From Setoptus koraiensis (Eukaryota > Animalia > Arthropoda), in NCBI GenBank assembly GCA_048013815.1, contig CM106585.1, positions 1,364,001 through 1,428,000 on the forward strand: a DNA stretch of 64,000 nucleotides, given 5' to 3'. The position numbers were made by a program, and so were the translations under genes. The notes under the pieces were generated by a model. That model was given only the letters and a program-made list of their open reading frames with translations, was not told the origin of the DNA and did not search any database. Positions 62,512 to 64,000 of the stretch are shown piece by piece; position 1 is the stretch's first letter; each line of letters begins with the position of its first letter.

Positions 62512-63927
62512 TTAAATCTTGTTCAATGTAGTAGAAGAGAAGAATGGTCTCAGGCTAGGCTTTGGTGTAGATGAGACACTCATTTCGTCCCATTCTGGCT
62601 CTGATTCAGATGAAGACGATCTAGATCTGTCAACATCCAGATCGTCCTCCTCCAGGAGTTCTTCGATTGCCAGAGATCCTTGGCCAGATGCTGCTGCTTG
62701 CATCAGTTCCTGTTCCAAAGCTGCTTCATACTGTTCATTATCAAATCCATCCGAATCTGTTCGAAACTTCTTGACCAAAGCAATAATCTTTTGCTTAAAG
62801 TTCTTTTGATGTGAGGCTCCTCCAGCAGTGCCACTAGCGCTAGCTTGTCCTACAACATGTTCCGATCTCTCACGATCGTTTATAGCTGCTCGAGCTTCTA
62901 AAGAACTCCTCCCAGCCTTTGCTGCCTGTCTACCAATAGGCATCTCACTATCACTTCCTTCCTCATTTGAGCTGAAATCATCGGTATCAACGTCTCCGCC
63001 AACTGATCTATCCCCCACGAAGCGCATATTTCTACTAATACTGTCTTGATCAATAGGTTGACATTTCAACGATGACATAATTATTCGTGCCACAACTTCG
63101 TTTTTATTGTGTGAACCTTTCATTTCACAAACTAGATCTAACTCTTTATCCATTTTTTGTCTCCGTTGCATCACCTCTGCCATATTTATCACACCAACTG
63201 CCAAAGTCTTGAAGCCAAGTATTTTTCTGCTTTTATACCTTTTTCTTCTCTGTAACATTATTTGTAGAAAGTTAACATTCTTCTTTAAAAAATGCGGATA
63301 TTGCAAGGAAAAAGTTAGATCTATCTCAATAGCCAAAACTGGAGTTGGTGCATTCGATGTTGGATTTATTTGATGCGTAACCAAGGATGATTGATAAATA
63401 GGTGTAGCGGCTACTGTCGAGGTGGATATGTGACTCGATGATGTGGTCGAAGATGCTGTTAAGGAATTTGAGCCAGCATTGGATGAGATCGCTAGTGATT
63501 GTTGATTAGCGGGTACATTTGATCTTGCCTCTGTTTTCCCTGAAGATGTTAAAGCACCTCCTGTATTACCACTACTCGCACCAGAGCTCGTTCCACCAGC
63601 TACTGAACTCAGGTTACTCGCCTGGTTTTGTTGTTGCTTGGACGACAAACATGCCTGTTGGTGATGTCCAATTATTATAAATTCATTGGATCTTATTGTT
63701 CTTTTTGATCCTTGAATCTTCAAAGCAATCATGGCAGTCTTTAAATCTGAGCCCAACGATTTGAATAGCAGTATCCGATTGATAGTTATAGTACATAGTC
63801 TAGGAATACAGTTCGATGGTGTTTTGTCTATGCCCCAAGCTGCAAATAATTTCATCGGCATAGGTCTTGATGTGCCCGACATCACTTGGTTTGAAGTGCT
63901 CGGGTCTTGAGTCGAGGATAGATTCAT
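62512..63927 (-). CDS. PACS: Phosphofurin acidic cluster sorting protein (N-terminal half only), intronless
   Basis: PMKLFAAWGID..PSNCIPRLC, IALKIQGSKRTIRSNE, DLTFSLQYPHFLK...LQIMLQRRKRYK.RKILGFKTLAVGVINMAEVMQ, NFKQKIIALVKKF and SVSSTPKPSLRPFF match PACS1/2. Confidence 0.92.
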   Translation of the reverse strand: MNLSSTQDPSTSNQVMSGTSRPMPMKLFAAWGIDKTPSNCIPRLCTITINRILLFKSLGSDLKTAMIALKIQGSKRTIRSNEFIIIGHHQQACLSSKQQQNQASNLSSVAGGTSSGASSGNTGGALTSSGKTEARSNVPANQQSLAISSNAGSNSLTASSTTSSSHISTSTVAATPIYQSSLVTHQINPTSNAPTPVLAIEIDLTFSLQYPHFLKKNVNFLQIMLQRRKRYKSRKILGFKTLAVGVINMAEVMQRRQKMDKELDLVCEMKGSHNKNEVVARIIMSSLKCQPIDQDSISRNMRFVGDRSVGGDVDTDDFSSNEEGSDSEMPIGRQAAKAGRSSLEARAAINDRERSEHVVGQASASGTAGGASHQKNFKQKIIALVKKFRTDSDGFDNEQYEAALEQELMQAAASGQGSLAIEELLEEDDLDVDRSRSSSSESEPEWDEMSVSSTPKPSLRPFFSSTTLNKI

Positions 63928-64000
63928 AGTTGTCGGATGCGTTGATTATACCGTGATTACGATAATAATATTGATCTTGATTGTATCAAATACGGTCATT

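Overview
Eukaryotic (arthropod, most plausibly mite-like; inference) genomic DNA with short GT-AG introns and extensive Gln/Asn/His low-complexity expansion in its proteins. In order along the window: (i) the 5' part of an unlisted VWC-domain/mucin-like ORF running off the left edge, followed by ~12 kb of microsatellite-rich non-coding DNA; (ii) a two-exon secreted Gly/Asn/Gln/Tyr-rich gene; (iii) ELP6 and ERCC1; (iv) a 12.5-kb cluster of seven small, intronless signal-peptide genes with related leaders and extreme, partly opposite charge compositions, interleaved with decayed coding remnants; (v) brain-specific homeobox (bsh), a candidate hidden spliced gene and a clip-domain serine-protease homolog, bracketed by a ~600-bp direct repeat; (vi) UFC1 and a RING/TRAF-zinc-finger gene; (vii) ~9 kb of microsatellite-rich upstream DNA and a highly divergent eyes absent gene with altered HAD motifs and a ~320-aa insertion in the Eya domain; (viii) a single-UIM Rpn10/PSMD4 and a C-terminally truncated PACS. 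No rRNA, tRNA, CRISPR array or intact transposon was recognised. The best candidate for an undescribed system is the secreted-peptide cluster at 17.3-29.7 kb, possibly together with the 12.9-14.1 kb gene. All identifications are from recalled family motifs; no database search was run.
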